Part shown: positions 1 to 13,642 of the stretch, one piece after another
Numbering within the stretch: position 1 is the stretch's first letter
How the letters are laid out: each line of letters opens with the position of its first letter
Source: Tubulanus polymorphus
Taxonomy: Eukaryota; Animalia; Nemertea
Reading direction: 5' to 3'
DNA length: 64,000 nt
NCBI RefSeq assembly: GCF_964204645.1
Contig: NC_134032.1
Coordinates: 16,294,275-16,358,274 of the forward strand
The notes under the pieces: model-generated
Databases searched by the model: none
Seen by the model: only the letters and a program-made list of their open reading frames with translations
Told to the model about the DNA's origin: nothing
Program-made: the position numbers and the translations under genes

Positions 1-1371
1 GGGCAGGATATGGTGTGGTTGACATGTTAGGGGAGGATAGGACATTGTGATGAGGTAAGGTCAGGTTGAATGATGCTGGGTTATTTGATGTGGTTGGATT
101 CGATGATCAGTTTAATATAGAACTGTTTTGGGGTAAGTGATGTATGTGGTAGTGTACGGTGTGTATGTTCAGGAGGATGTATAACGGATTGAAAGGTTAC
201 TGGTAGAGGGCGGTACAGTAGTGACACTGGTTTGGTTTATGTAGGGTAGGGGCTGGTGTACAGGGTTAAGGATAGGGTAATGCATGGGTGGAGTGATGGG
301 AGAGGAAAAGTGTGGGTAATGTGAGGAAGGGTATTTTGGTGTTGTTGAGGTGAGGATGATTTTGGTAGAATTGTTCAGATATCTGCACAGATGTTGGGGT
401 GGGGCTAGGACAGTTGAGGTACGATGAGTGATAGTAGTGCTTCCCTTTAGACATCTCAATGTCTCTAATCCTTTCAAATCAATCCCTTATTCCTTACAGC
501 TATTCACATTTTGAAATAAGATAATAATTACTGGCTTTCGATTGAAATCAGCCAGATTTTCAAGATTTACCTGAGGATGAAAATATATCGACATCTACTT
601 TGACAGATTCCATCATAAACAGCATCATTGGATAGGATTGGATTGTACATTCACGAGTAGTGGAAGGAGCTATGGATGTGACGTCTAAGGCCTATAATGA
701 ACTACTAGTTGCAAAGTAGTCGAGGATGTAAATACCACTAGAATCAGATGATCTGGAATAAGCTATGAATGTGATTCATTTGAGATAAAATCTATAGGAA
801 CAACAGACATAAAGAATTATAGACTAAAATCAATCAGATGATCTCAAACTAAAGCTAAAACAAGTTAGATATTTTAGTCCTATCTCTCCATGCCTCCCAT
901 TCACTCAAACTACTCCTCCGTTCCATGAAATACTAGGAGATGATACCTGGAAGATATTGAATATCAAGACACCATCAAAACAATGATAAATCAGTAACAA
1001 TATTTTGAATGTGTGTCACATTTTAACAAGTGAATGATTCATGAAGCAAATGACAACAAATCTTCAGGGATGGGTTTCATAGTTGTGGAACATTAAAATA
1101 ATCCCTGGGAAAATTTTTAACCATGGTTTTAACTTTGTCTTCTTAGTCAATAAAACTGAGCCCAAATCTCAGATAGGATAGTTTTTACCCTACTACCAGC
1201 TTGGAAACAGCAAACTGTTGAAAAATAAACTCTGAACCCACAATAGTTTGTAAATTCAAGGTTTACCGTAAAATATTTCTTATATTTATCACTTTACGTC
1301 CAGTGGTACTTGAAACTCACCGCCTCCTCTCTCTCTCTCTCACTAGCCATTTTTTGTGAGCATTTTTAAGC

Positions 1372-1640
1372 ACATGAGGTAGGTATAGACCACTGCCCGC
1401 TCTCTAAGCCAGCAGGGGACTACCCTTCGGACCCCACTTTTGTGCTTGGTGGCTTTAAGCTCACCTTTTCTTGAGTCGAGGTAGGAATAGACCACTGCCT
1501 ACCCGCTAGGCGGACAGTGGACTAAACCTTCGAATTGCTCTCGGACCCCACTCTTTATATATTTTTTTCTTTTCTTTTTGAGTCGAGGTAGTAATAGACC
1601 ACTGCCTACCCGCTAGGGGGACAGTGGAATAAACCCTCCA
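1372..1640. repeat. Three imperfect units of about 105 bp
   Basis: GAGGTAGGAATAGACCACTGCC-like block near 1377, 1478 and 1585. Confidence 0.7.
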
Positions 1641-2081
1641 CTCTTCATGTTCATTCTTTTTCTTATGGCTGTCTCTCCTGGCTATGGTATCAGTACCACC
1701 CAGCAGTAAGTGTATATATAGGAAATATAGTAATTGAACTGGGTTTAAATCTATCTCAATCAGTGCTTTTAAAGCCAGTAGTAGGGCAGCAGTTCACTGT
1801 AATCAGTCAGGATCATTGTTTGATGATATTGTTTATTTGCAGTGCCATTTGTTCCATGAAACAAGCTTCAATTCCTAAATGAATCGATGAATTCAATCTT
1901 CAATTGCATCATTCTCAAAGTATCTCATGAAGAGATTTTGGAATAGCTAGCGCGGGAAGGAGGTCGGGAAGGTAAGGCTAGGTACGATACTGAAACCTGG
2001 CAGTTACCTAAATAATGTTTTTATTTACCCTTGTGTCCTAACCAAGGATATGTAAGGATTAAGAGGTGACATTGAAATTAC

Positions 2082-2157
2082 GCGCACTCACCGGGGATCA
2101 AACCCAGGTCTCGTTCATAGAAAGCAAACGTGCTAACCAGTAGATCAATAGTCCACT
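2082..2157 (-). mobile_element. Degenerate tRNA-like SINE head
   Basis: Minus strand TACTGGTTAGCACG...CCTGGGTTTGATCCCCGG resembles A/B boxes; decayed cloverleaf. Confidence 0.35.
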
Positions 2158-3824
2158 TGACCAGCGTTTTTTTTATATCTAATTTGTCTTATACACATAA
2201 CACGGTTACTTCGAAGCGCAACAGAACTGCTGAATATGCATATATTTTCTAATAAGACCTGTGCAGTCAATAGGACAGGCTGTCTATACGGGCTTAGAAA
2301 CATTTAAATATCGAAATTTGAAATATGTCAGAAATGTGTGCTTAAGAAAATACAAATACAAGTGAGTATTTTCAGTATACATGTATTTTGAGTGAAACCA
2401 ATTTCAAAATGATGGGCTATTCCACACGCGCTTGTATTGAATAAAATAACTGTGTCACTCCAACTCCAACTCCAACTCCAACTACTCGTGAACTTTAAAT
2501 AGATGAATCTTTACAACTATTTATATCAGAAATGTGTCCGTAATTTGTCTCAATTTTCTCATCTTGTCCGCAATAGTCCACAATAGATTTCGCCTATTCA
2601 AAAGTAAAAAATCACTGGCACTCAAAAAAAAAAAATCACTCAACAGCACCAGGTTATAGACTCAACAGCACCAGGCTATAGACTCAACAGCACCAGGCTA
2701 TAGACTCAGTGTATCAACTCACAGGACCGGCAGAATTGGTCAGACAAACTTCGCTCATTAAGTTCTGTGTTTTAATCGATTTCAAAAATTTCCAAAAACG
2801 AAGTAAAAAATACCAAAGTGATGAGAAACTATCGAGTTGATCATCAGGATAACTGTATTCCGTTTGCTGACGGACGGACAATGGATGAGAAGTTGCTGGG
2901 ACTTAAAGCCCAAGTGGACTGAGAACCAAAACACCCTTTCCTACATTACGCACACTTTTCCTCTCCCATCACTCTGACCATGCATTACCCTATCATTAAC
3001 CCTGTACACCAGCCCCTACCCTACATAAACCAAACCAGCATCACTGCTGTACCGCCCTCTACCAGCAACCTTTCAATCCGCTATCATCATACACCCTCCC
3101 TAACTATACATCGTACACTACCACATACACCAACCTCGACCAGTTCTATATCGAACTCATCATCTAATACAACCACATCAAACAACCCTGCATCATCCAA
3201 CCTGGCCTTACCTCATCACATTACCCTATCCTACCCTAACTGTCAACTACACCATACCCTGCCCCATTCCATACCCAAACCTCATACTACTCATTCCCTC
3301 TATGATTGAAGTAGAAATGTTACGATGTTGTAGTTGGACGGATGGCAATGATTCTTATCGCTAATGAAGATGAGAGAACATTCTTCCAACTGAGGAGGAA
3401 TAAGTGAATAAATGACTGCAGTGTTACACAGTCAATGTTACATGTACATCAGTTATATCTCTATTAGACTGAAACAATGAGTGAAACTTCTACAGTAACA
3501 ATCTGACATAAATTAGATTGTGTCGTAGGCCTAAAACATTTTTACAATAGAAAACATTCTACAGCTTTTCTATTTTCTATATTTCAAATGCTACTTATCT
3601 TGTTTCTTCTACTTGTGATGCTGCTCCTGAATTACTCCTGTGATGCTGCTCTTGTTACTCCTATGATGCTCCTACTGCTCTGGCACTACTCATGCTGCTC
3701 CTAAAAATGCTCCACCGTTGCCCGAATGGTATTTCAAGCCGTGATGATAGAACTACATAATGCCTGAAACAGAGAATATAATTTGATTTCACATCTGTTG
3801 ATTGTAGACTCTTCACACATCACG

Positions 3825-4157
3825 GACACGAGGTATTTCTGTGATATTTTGAATTTATTGACTGTTCATATTTTAGCGTGATCGACTAGCTACGAAAGTT
3901 GGCCCAGGCCGCAAACCCCACATTGGTCTATATCATTGTCCATAATTTCTGTTCAGCACCCACTAGCCAATCAGAAATCATAGGTGATGTAATAAACCAA
4001 TGAAGGGTTTGTGTTGGTGTGAGCTTCAGCGGGAGGAAATTCACAGGGCCTCGTAAACTGGCTTGGATTCTATTTCCGGGTTGTTGATAATTTCGCAAGG
4101 ATGGCACTAAAATATGAACGGTCAATAAATTCAAAATATAACAGAAATACCTTGTGT
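3825..4157. mobile_element. MITE-like inverted-repeat element
   Basis: About 55-bp arms AGGTATTTCTGTGATATTTTGAATTTATTGACTGTTCATATTTTAG and CTAAAATATGAACGGTCAATAAATTCAAAATATAACAGAAATACCT. Confidence 0.6.
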
Positions 4158-4187
4158 TGATATTGTTCGTTTATCCACTATGTCCGA

Positions 4188-4537
4188 CGTTTCGATAAAC
4201 AATTAGTAGTCAAGGATCAGTATCAGTCGGGCATGACGCCTTACTTAAAAATAACAAGGGATGAAAGGGATTCGTTTTTGCCGCTAATTTCTGAAGTTAA
4301 ATTCAGCTTCAATTTATTTCTCTCAAAAACATCTGTCAATTGACACAGACATACTGTAGTATGTGCTCTGATTGACAGCTCACTGGTGCTCAGAATTAGC
4401 CGCGCATGTGCAATGGTCTCCACCGCATCAATACGGTCACAGGCAAAAAACGATGCCGTTTTATCCCTTGTTATTTCTATAGTAAGGCGTCACGACTGCC
4501 TGATAATGATACTTGACAACTAATTGTTCATCGGAAC
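4188..4537. mobile_element. Fold-back element with about 100-bp arms
   Basis: 4190-4290 is the imperfect reverse complement of 4440-4536. Confidence 0.55.
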
Positions 4538-5456
4538 TTTAGGCCATTGCGGATGCGGGCAATAAAACGCTGGCTAGCAAGGATGCCTATACTTGGATTA
4601 AAGTTAGGCCAGTTTGCTGATTAAATGTACTTTCATTTTGCTTGTCACAGATTTTCATTTTTATGTCTTGTTATTTTCATCTCTTGGTGGACAGATCGAC
4701 TTCCACGATCTTCACACAACAGTCCGTCGGGAGTGATGGTACGAGATTTCATATTTGAATTGAATTTGCTCGAATAACACATTTGAACGGCTTTAATTTC
4801 TATTTTCGAGTAGATTTGATAAACAAACCGTAACTAAATGAGGCTTTTTTCACTTACAGTTGCAATTGTGTTCAGAAATCTCAAATTGAACTTGAGAAAG
4901 CGCTGATGTGGTCCAAAATAGTTGGTTATTTATTCATTTATTTATTAACGATCAATCAATCAATAGCCGCCATCTTGAAAATATATGCAAATGAGGAATG
5001 AGGCATATAAAGGCGGATCCGGACGTATATTCGGACGATCTGTCTCCCTCGAAGAAAACCGCACAAAGTCTAAGATTTCTTCTCCAGCGCTGTGCCAAAT
5101 TTATATTAAACTTTTTACGATGTGCTAAATCTGATCAACCATCGAACATGATATCGACTGGACATCAGAAAACTAGGTCCACCACATCTTAACACGTCAA
5201 GGGATTCGAACTCACTAGGCTAAAGCCGTCCCCCTGATGTAGACTGGTTGCCGGTCTCTGACTGCGAATGCAGGTGGCGCAGAATTGGACAGGCGACCAG
5301 TCTACCCCTGGTGGAGAACGAGTTCCGGAGCGATACCGAGCCCCTGGCAAGCGAGGATGAGTCCACCAGCGATCGTAACCGTCAAGTGGTTCGAACTCAC
5401 TAGGCTAAAAGCCGTTCAAGCAACTTCGGGAGCGATACCGGACCCCCTGCAACCTG

Positions 5457-5625
5457 GGCCAAATTCGGTTTTCGTAATTAGTCGACCTATAGTCGGAACT
5501 AATAACCGAATGCACTTATTTCCAAACTATTTCCGGACTATAGTTCCGACTAACTTTGGAGTAATCAGTCTGATTATTCCAAGGACTAAATGACATGCGA
5601 CCAACTCCGATAACTGTAGTTGGCC
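5457..5625. mobile_element. Harbinger/PIF-like MITE
   Basis: GGCC termini, CTG 3-bp target duplication, empty site of the same host sequence at 5327-5358, related copy at 43538-43686. Confidence 0.65.
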
Positions 5626-6279
5626 CTGGCAAGCGAGGATGGCCAATCGTAATGAGGGTTAGATAATTATAGAGGTCCTAGATATGGAGTATAGTAAAAT
5701 GAACGTTAATCAAAAAGCCAACTTAAATTCCTGATATCCCACAGTCATTTAGAAAAAAGGTCGATAGTATCAACCTTAATTTCCTCCAATCACTTTTTGT
5801 AATCCTCATGAAAAGTGTGTGGTTCATCTGTCAAAGATATTGTGAAGAAAAGGCATGTCACGAGGGAATGGGTGTCGTCTTGCTTAAAAAAGTGAAGGGC
5901 CCAGGATTTTGGGCCAGGGACCAGTGGAGCTTGGATCTTGAACTGTGGAAGTAACTGCAGGTGTCCTGAAACCGTGTCCAAAGAACTGAGGAACTGTGTG
6001 CTGAAAGTGAAATTCTTAAAATCTGGAACCTGAAAAATCCCTTCATCGAAAACAAAACATTTAAGAAATTCAATAATCATTTATTCAAGAGCCTTTTACA
6101 ATATTTTTTCACTGAGGTATTTTCACTCAAATAAGAATTGAGACATGACATTCTTTACAATAAACCATTGTTTTGTATATTTAACATGAATTAATTCAAC
6201 TTATGCACAGAAACAAATTACTGCTTTGATCAATTGAACATGTCACCTAAAAACAGAAATCCTACCAATTCATGAATCA

Positions 6280-6940
6280 AAACAACTTGTAACTTACCTA
6301 AACCTAAAGTGATCCAGAAGTAAAAACCTATTGATTTAATCTCTGAAACCCAGAAATTAAAACATCAGATTTATACTTGTGAATCACCTTGAAACAGTTC
6401 TTAATAATCGTGGATTAAGTTCAACGGTTATGAATTATAACTGCCGAACTTGATCGCGGATTATTAACGAAAAACCTGATTCAAATTATTAATTTGAATC
6501 AAGTTTTTCCACCCTTTAATTAGTCTTAACAGAACACAATAGCAACAACTTACAACTTATCAAAACCCGAAGTGATTCAGAAGTAAAAACCTATTGATTT
6601 AATCTCTGAAAACCAGAGAAAAATAAAATAATTCTGACCGAGTTCAACAGTTATGAATTATAACTGCCGAACTTGATCAGAGATTATCAATGGAAAACTT
6701 GATTCAAATTATTAATTTGAATCAAGTTTTTCCACCCTTTAATCAGTCTTAACAGAACACAATAGGAACCACTTTTAACTTACCTAAACCTAAAGTGATC
6801 CAGAAGTAAAAACCTAATGATTTGATCTCTGGAACCCAGAGATTAAAACATCAGATTTTCACTTCTGAATCACCTTAAACTCTTAAAAATCTCTGACCGA
6901 GTTCAACAGTTATGAATTATAACTGTTGAACCTGATCTGT
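6280..6940. repeat. Imperfect tandem repeat of 220-265 bp, about 3 units
   Basis: AAGTGATCCAGAAGTAAAAACC-like block near 6307, 6570 and 6793. Confidence 0.75.
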
Positions 6941-7196
6941 AAATCAGTCGACACACAACATTTTTTTTCTATTTTTCATCCATTAATTATAAATTAAACG
7001 CATCTCATTATTTTCTCATTACAACCTAAACTCAATTCATTTACATTCAATCATTTTTCTAGTCTTTGTTGATTCTGTTGGATGCGAACGAACGAAAGTC
7101 ACCAATTATACTTAAACAGTTTCAACACCTTTAAACTCCTTCCACTTGATCCATTACGCGATTACACAACACTATTACAACTTCCAACCATTATGA

Positions 7197-8087
7197 AATT
7201 GCGGTTCTCAACATGAATTACACTGGTCCGGTTCATCGTTTAATTGTGATTCTTGACACTGAATTACACTGGTCCGGTTCATCGTTTAATTGCGGTTCTC
7301 GACACTGAATTACACTGGTTCGGTTCATCGTTTAATTGCGGTTCTCGACACTGAATTACACTGGTCCGGTTCATCGTTTAATTGCGGTTCTGGACACTGA
7401 ATTACACTGGTCCGGTTCATCGTTTAATTGCGGTTCTCAACACTGAATTACACTAGTCCGGTTCATCGTTTGATTGTGGTTCTCGACACTGAATTACACT
7501 GGTCCGGTTCATCGTTTAATTGCGGTTCTCGACACTGAATTACACTGGTCCGGTTCATCGTTTAATTGCGGTTCTCAACACTGAATTACACTGGTCCGGT
7601 TCATCGTTTAATTGTGATTCTTGACACTGAATTACACTGGTCCGGTTCATCGTCTAATTGCGGTTCTGGACACTGAATTACACTGGTCCGGTTCATCGTT
7701 TAATTGTTGGTCTCGACACTGAATTACACTGGTCCGGTTCATCCTTTAATTGTGGTTCTCGACACTGAATTACACTGGTCCGGTTCATCCTTTAATTGTG
7801 GTTCTCGACACTGAATTACACTGGTCCGGTTCATCGTTTAATTGCGGTTCTGGACACTGAATTACACTGGTCCGGTTCATCGTTTAATTACGGTTCTCGA
7901 CACTGAATTACACTGGTCCGGTTTATCGTTTAATTGTGGTTCTCGACACTTAATTACACTGGTCCGGTTCATCGTTTAATTGTGGTTCTCGACACTGAAT
8001 TACACTGGTCCGGTTCATCGTTTAATTGCGGTTCTCAACACTGAATTACACTGGTCCGGTTCATTGCAGTTCTCGGCACTGAATTAC
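7197..8087. repeat. 46-bp minisatellite, about 19 copies
   Basis: CTGAATTACACTGGTCCGGTTCATCGTTTAATTGCGGTTCTCGACA. Confidence 0.95.
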
Positions 8088-9379
8088 GTGAAGTTCAGCC
8101 GAGTAATCACTGCGCATTGGTTTGCATAGAACCAAATTGTTTTGAACGGAACTGCACTGCATTGGTTCACACGGAATTCTACTGGTGTGAACAGAACTGT
8201 TTTCATGGTTTCAATCACATTGGTTCGATCTCAATCACTATCCTATAGATGCAAAGTGTTGGTTCAATGAAATCGCAGACTCTCAATTTCTGCTGCATGT
8301 GAATCTCAACAAATGACAAACTGAAAAGACAAAAAATAAACAACAAATAAATAAAGATGTCAAAGTCAACTCACTTATTTTAAAAAAAGAGAAGATTTTA
8401 GAATTTCATAGAAAAATATAAGATAATTACCTGATTTTTTTGGGTGATGATTTCTAAGCTGCAACTTGTGAACAATTCGTATCTGGTTATATCAGGAAGT
8501 CGCAATGAGATTTTCTTCAATCTACGCCGAATTAAGTCTTCAATATCTTAAGTAACATTGTAACAGTTTCTGACTATAACTGATCACAGCTAATTGAAAA
8601 CTGAAAAGACAAAAAATAAACAACAAATGGATAAGATTTCAAAGTTAACTCATTTAATCGGAAAAACAACAGATAAATTATAGGCGATTTCATACAGAAA
8701 TATAAGATAAATACCTGATTTGCTTGTCAGATGAATTCTATGTTGTTAGTTGTACGGACAATTTGTGAATATATCCGCAATAACTCTTTATAAACCTCTT
8801 TATATCAAAAAACCGCAATAAGATTTCTAACCACCGAGTAATGTATTCGTTATCTTAACTACTGGTACCATCGTAACAGCAAATTGAGAACTAAAAAGAC
8901 AAAATAAATGACAAATGAATAAAGATTTCAGAGTAAACTCATTAAATTTTAAAAAGAAACGGGTAAAATTAGCGTTTCATACAACATAAAATAATTACCT
9001 GATTTGCTTGTGAGATGAACTGCAAGTCACCAGATGTTTAAAGTCTGCTGAAGCTGAGTATGGTTGGTATGTGAGTAGTGGATTTCATTCAGGAGCTGAT
9101 TAATTATTGATTACTGCTTCCTCTGATGTTGTTGTTGTTGTCGCTGATTCTGTCGTCTTTCTGTCGTCTTGTTGATTTACAATATATTTTTTTCTTACAA
9201 TATTTGTTTTTTTCTTACATCATTTTTCTTTTCTTTCAAACAATAATTATTCTTCCTTTTGAATTTAAAAAATACCTTTTTTTATCAAACAATTTTTTTT
9301 AAATCGTTATTTTGATTATTTAGAAACTAGGAATTACTAAATTGAGACAATCAAATCTTGACAATTAGAGGTTTCGTTT

Positions 9380-9703
9380 CTGATATTCAAATCAAAGATT
9401 TTCTAATCTTCATAATTAACAGGTTTGATTCCTGATATTCAAATCAAAGATTTTCTAATCTTCATAATTAACAGGTTTGATTCCTGATATTCAAATCTAA
9501 GATTTTCTAATCTTCACAATTAACAGGTTTGATTCCTGATATTCAAATCAAAGATTTTCTAATCTTCATAATTAACAGGTTTGATTCCTGATATTCAAAT
9601 CTAAGATTTTCTAATCTTCATAATTAACAGGTTTGATTCCTGATATTCAAATCAAAGATTTTCTAATCTTCATAATTAACAGGTTTGGTTCCTGATATTC
9701 AAA
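9380..9703. repeat. 52-bp minisatellite, about 6 copies
   Basis: CTGATATTCAAATCAAAGATTTTCTAATCTTCATAATTAACAGGTTTGATTC. Confidence 0.95.
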
Positions 9704-9884
9704 AAACTTTTCATTCAAAATTCTTTTAATGTTCATAATTAGAAGTTTAGCTCCTGATTTTTCAATCAAGGCATTTAAATCTGACAATTGACAATTGACA
9801 GGTTTGATTCCTGATTTTTAACCGACACAGTTTTTTCAAATGTGTCTTGAGACAAAGTAGATTTAACTGCAGCCTCGAGTCAAT

Positions 9885-10620
9885 GATGAACTTTGGTAAG
9901 TTCTTTCAAACACGTCTTACGATGAACAAAGAACTTTGAGAAGTTCTTTCAAATACGTCTTACGATGAACAAAGAACTTTGAGAAGTTCTTTTAAATACG
10001 TCTTGCGATGAACCAAGAACTTTGAGAAGTTCTTTCAAATACGTCTTACGATGAACAAAGAACTTTGAGAAGTTCCTTTAAAATATGTCTTGCGATGAAC
10101 CAAGAACTTTGAGAAGTTCTTTCAAATATGTCTCACGCTGAACAAAGAACTTTGAGAAGTTCTTTTAAATACGGCTCTAGTTTAAGTAGATTAAACTATG
10201 GCTTGAGTCAAATCAAAACCTTCATACGAATACATCTTATGATGAACAAAGAACTTTGAGAAGTTCATACAAATATGTCTTATGACAAATGAAGAACTTT
10301 GAGAAGTTCTTTCGAGTCTGACTTTAGTCAAAGTAGATTTAAATGTGGCGCGAGTCAAATAATGAACTTTGAGATGTTAATTCATGTCTTATGACAAAGA
10401 ACTTTGAGAAGGTCTATCAAATCAGACTTCAGTCGAAGTAGATTTAAATGCAGGCGCGAGTCAAATAATGAACTTTAAAAAGTTCATTCAACTTTATCTT
10501 ACAACAACTTTCAGAAGTTCTTTCAAATCCAACTGCAGATCGACTTCAGTAATAAACTTTGAGAAGTTCATTCAAGTATGTTGTGGGCTGCTCGAGTCAA
10601 ATAAAGAACTTTCAGGTGTT
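9885..10620. repeat. 43-bp minisatellite decaying rightwards
   Basis: GATGAACAAAGAACTTTGAGAAGTTCTTTCAAATACGTCTTAC; related units at 13755-13910. Confidence 0.85.
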
Positions 10621-11008
10621 CATCTTTTAAGAATTTCTTCCAAATCAACGAACTAAGAACTTACGCGAGTCAAATTTTGACTAAGTTCTTTCCAAATGTA
10701 GTCCGAGACAAATTTCTCCCAAGATTTTCAAACACTTGGTAAAATGACTTTTTTTCCTATATGTATGGCTTCAATTAAATGATCCAATATTTCATCTTAT
10801 ATCATATCATCCTCAGGTGGAATAACTGTTGCAAGGTTCCCAAAATCTCATCTACATCTAGATTTTTCAATAAGCAATAACATTTCAATCTACCTGAGAA
10901 CTCATCTGGAAGTGGCTGACATATGCCAGAAAACACTTCTTAATCTGATAAACACAGCAAGTTAAGCAAAAACATACATGGCTTCCAATAAACTTTTGAG
11001 TTTCAGAT

Positions 11009-12208
11009 AAGTTTCAGATTCAACAGCTCGATGTTTAAGTTTCAGATTCAACAGCTCGATGTTTAAGTTTCAGATTCAACAGCTCGATGTTTAAGTTTCA
11101 GATTCAACAGATCGATGTTTAAGTTTCAGATTCAACAGATCGATGTTTAAGTTTCAGATTCAACAGATCGATGTTTAAGTTTCAGATTCAACAGATCGAT
11201 GTTTAAGTTTCAGATTCAACAGATCGATGTTTAAGTTTCAGATTCAACAGATCGATGTTTAAGTTTCAGATTCAACAGATCGATGTTTAAGTTTCAGATT
11301 CAACAGATCGATGTTTAAGTTTCAGATTCAACAGCTCGATGTTTAAGTTTCAGATTCAACAGCTCGATGTTTAAGTTTCAGATTCAACAGATCGATGTTT
11401 AAGTTTCAGATTCAACAGATCGATGTTTAAGTTTCAGATTCAACAGATCGATGTTTAAGTTTCAGATTCAACAGATCGATGTTTAAGTTTCAGATTCAAC
11501 AGCTCGATGTTTAAGTTTCAGATTCAACAGCTCGATGTTTAAGTTTCAGATTCAACAGATCGATGTTTAAGTTTCAGATTCAACAGATCGATGTTTAAGT
11601 TTCAGATTCAACAGATCGATGTTTAAGTTTCAGATTCAACAGATCGATGTTTAAGTTTCAGATTCAACAGATCGATGTTTAAGTTTCAGATTCAACAGAT
11701 CGATGGTTAAGTTTCAGATTCAACAGATCGATGTTTAAGTTTCAGATTCAACAGATCGATGTTTAAGTTTCAGATTCAACAGCTCGATGTTTAAGTTTCA
11801 GATTCAACAGCTCGATGTTTAAGTTTCAGATTCAACAGCTCGATGTTTAAGTTTCAGATTCAACAGATCGATGTTTAAGTTTCAGATTCAACAGATCGAT
11901 GTTTAAGTTTCAGATTCAACAGATCGATGTTTAAGTTTCAGATTCAACAGATCGATGTTTAAGTTTCAGATTCAACAGATCGATGGTTAAGTTTCAGATT
12001 CAACAGATCGATGTTTAAGTTTCAGATTCAACAGATCGATGTTTAAGTTTCAGATTCAACAGATCGATGTTTAAGTTTCAGATTCAACAGATCGATGTTT
12101 AAGTTTCAGATTCAACAGATCGATGTTTAAGTTTCAGATTCAACAGATCGATGTTTAAGTTTCAGATTCAACAGCTCGATGTTTAAGTTTCAGATTCAAC
12201 AGATCGAT
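11009..12208. repeat. 28-bp minisatellite, about 43 copies
   Basis: AAGTTTCAGATTCAACAGMTCGATGTTT. Confidence 0.97.
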
Positions 12209-12689
12209 TTAGAACTGATGTTTAATTAATTTCAAATTTTCAAACAGATGCCAGAATTAATTGATAAAGATGCAGAAGTGGTGAAGTGTGAATGGTGAAG
12301 TGCTGGTGCAAGTCGGCGCCTTGTGCAATAAATGTGCAAAGTGAAGATGTGCATGAATTAACTTTCTTCTGGCATCTTTCCAACAGCAGTATCTGCCAAA
12401 TTATAGATCACCTAATCAATATTAAGAGGACGAGCAATTTCTAACACAAAAATCTCTTACAATATTTTTAAATCGCTTTTAAACCCTTGAAATTCATAAT
12501 TAGTAATAATCTCTTTATATCGTGGTAACGATAATGAATCCTAACTTTCCTTGCAACAATTATATTCCTAGAACAATTGAATTGAATTTGATGTATATAC
12601 CAATAGATATGCAATTGATTCAAGGTGGAAACAATTGATCTCGTTTAACACCAATGGGGTGTAGGTTTTCACCAGCTAATAGCTGTTTT

Positions 12690-12987
12690 GTAGCAGCATT
12701 TGAGAGTTGATGTTTGGCAGTCTCGGAGCAGCATTTTGAGAGTTGATATTTGGCAGTCTCGTAGCAGCATTTTGAGAGTTGATATTTTGCAGTCTCGGAG
12801 CAGCATTTTGAAAGTTGATATTTGGCAGTCTCGGAGCAGCATTTTGAGAGTCGATATTTGGCAGTCTCGGAGCAGCATTTTGAGAGTTGATATTTGGCAG
12901 TCTCGTAGCAGCATTTTGAGAGTTGATGGTTGGCAGTCTCGGAGCAGCATTTTGAGAGTTGATATTTGGCAGTCTCGGAGCAGCATT
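12690..12987. repeat. 36-bp minisatellite, about 8 copies
   Basis: GCAGCATTTTGAGAGTTGATATTTGGCAGTCTCGGA. Confidence 0.95.
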
Positions 12988-13219
12988 AACAAAACCGACC
13001 CTGCGCCACATGGTTATTCTTTGTTGTATGTTAGATGTATTTCGATAGTTGCGATTACACACAATGATCTGCGTAAATATAAAACTGAAACGACAAAGAA
13101 AATGACAAATGAATAACAATGTCAAAGTAAATTTATTTAATCGTAAAAACAAATATGTAAATGTAATTTCATACAGTAACAGCATAATTACCTGATTTGC
13201 ATTGATTCGATCTGATGAG

Positions 13220-13642
13220 AAGCTGTTGATGTTCAACAAGGAGCTGTTGATGGATGACAGTGAGGAGCTGTTGACAAGGAGTTGTTGATGTTTAACAAGA
13301 AGCTGTTGTGTGACGAGGAGCTGTTGATTTCCGATGAGGAGCTGTTGTGTGACGAGGAGCTGTTGTGTGACGAGGAGCTGTTGATTTCCGATGAGGAGCT
13401 GTTGTGTGATGAGGAGCTGTTGATTTCTGATGAGGAGCTGTTGTGTGACGAGGAGCAGTTGATTTTCGATGAGGAGCTGTTGTGTGACGAGGAGCTGTTG
13501 ATTTTCGATGAGGAGCTGTAGTGTGACGAGGAGCAGTTGATTTCTGATGAGGAGTTGTAGTGTGACGAGGAGCAGTTGATTTTCGATGAGGAGCTGTTGT
13601 GTGACGAGGAGCTGTTGTGTGACGAGTAGCTGTTGATTTTCA
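13220..13642. repeat. Composite 18/21-bp minisatellite
   Basis: GAGGAGCTGTTGTGTGAC mixed with GAGGAGCTGTTGATTTTCGAT. Confidence 0.9.

Larger units (their letters stand above)
1..3263. repeat. Diverged inverted pair of a dispersed repeat (1-340 and 2925-3263)
   Basis: ORFs 169-477(-) and 2980-3309(+) share a nearly identical peptide; the left copy runs off the window start. Confidence 0.85.

Noticed and set aside
5790-6080. 96-aa ORF with an acceptor near 6030 as a terminal exon
   Set aside because: No linked upstream exon or recognisable homology could be established.
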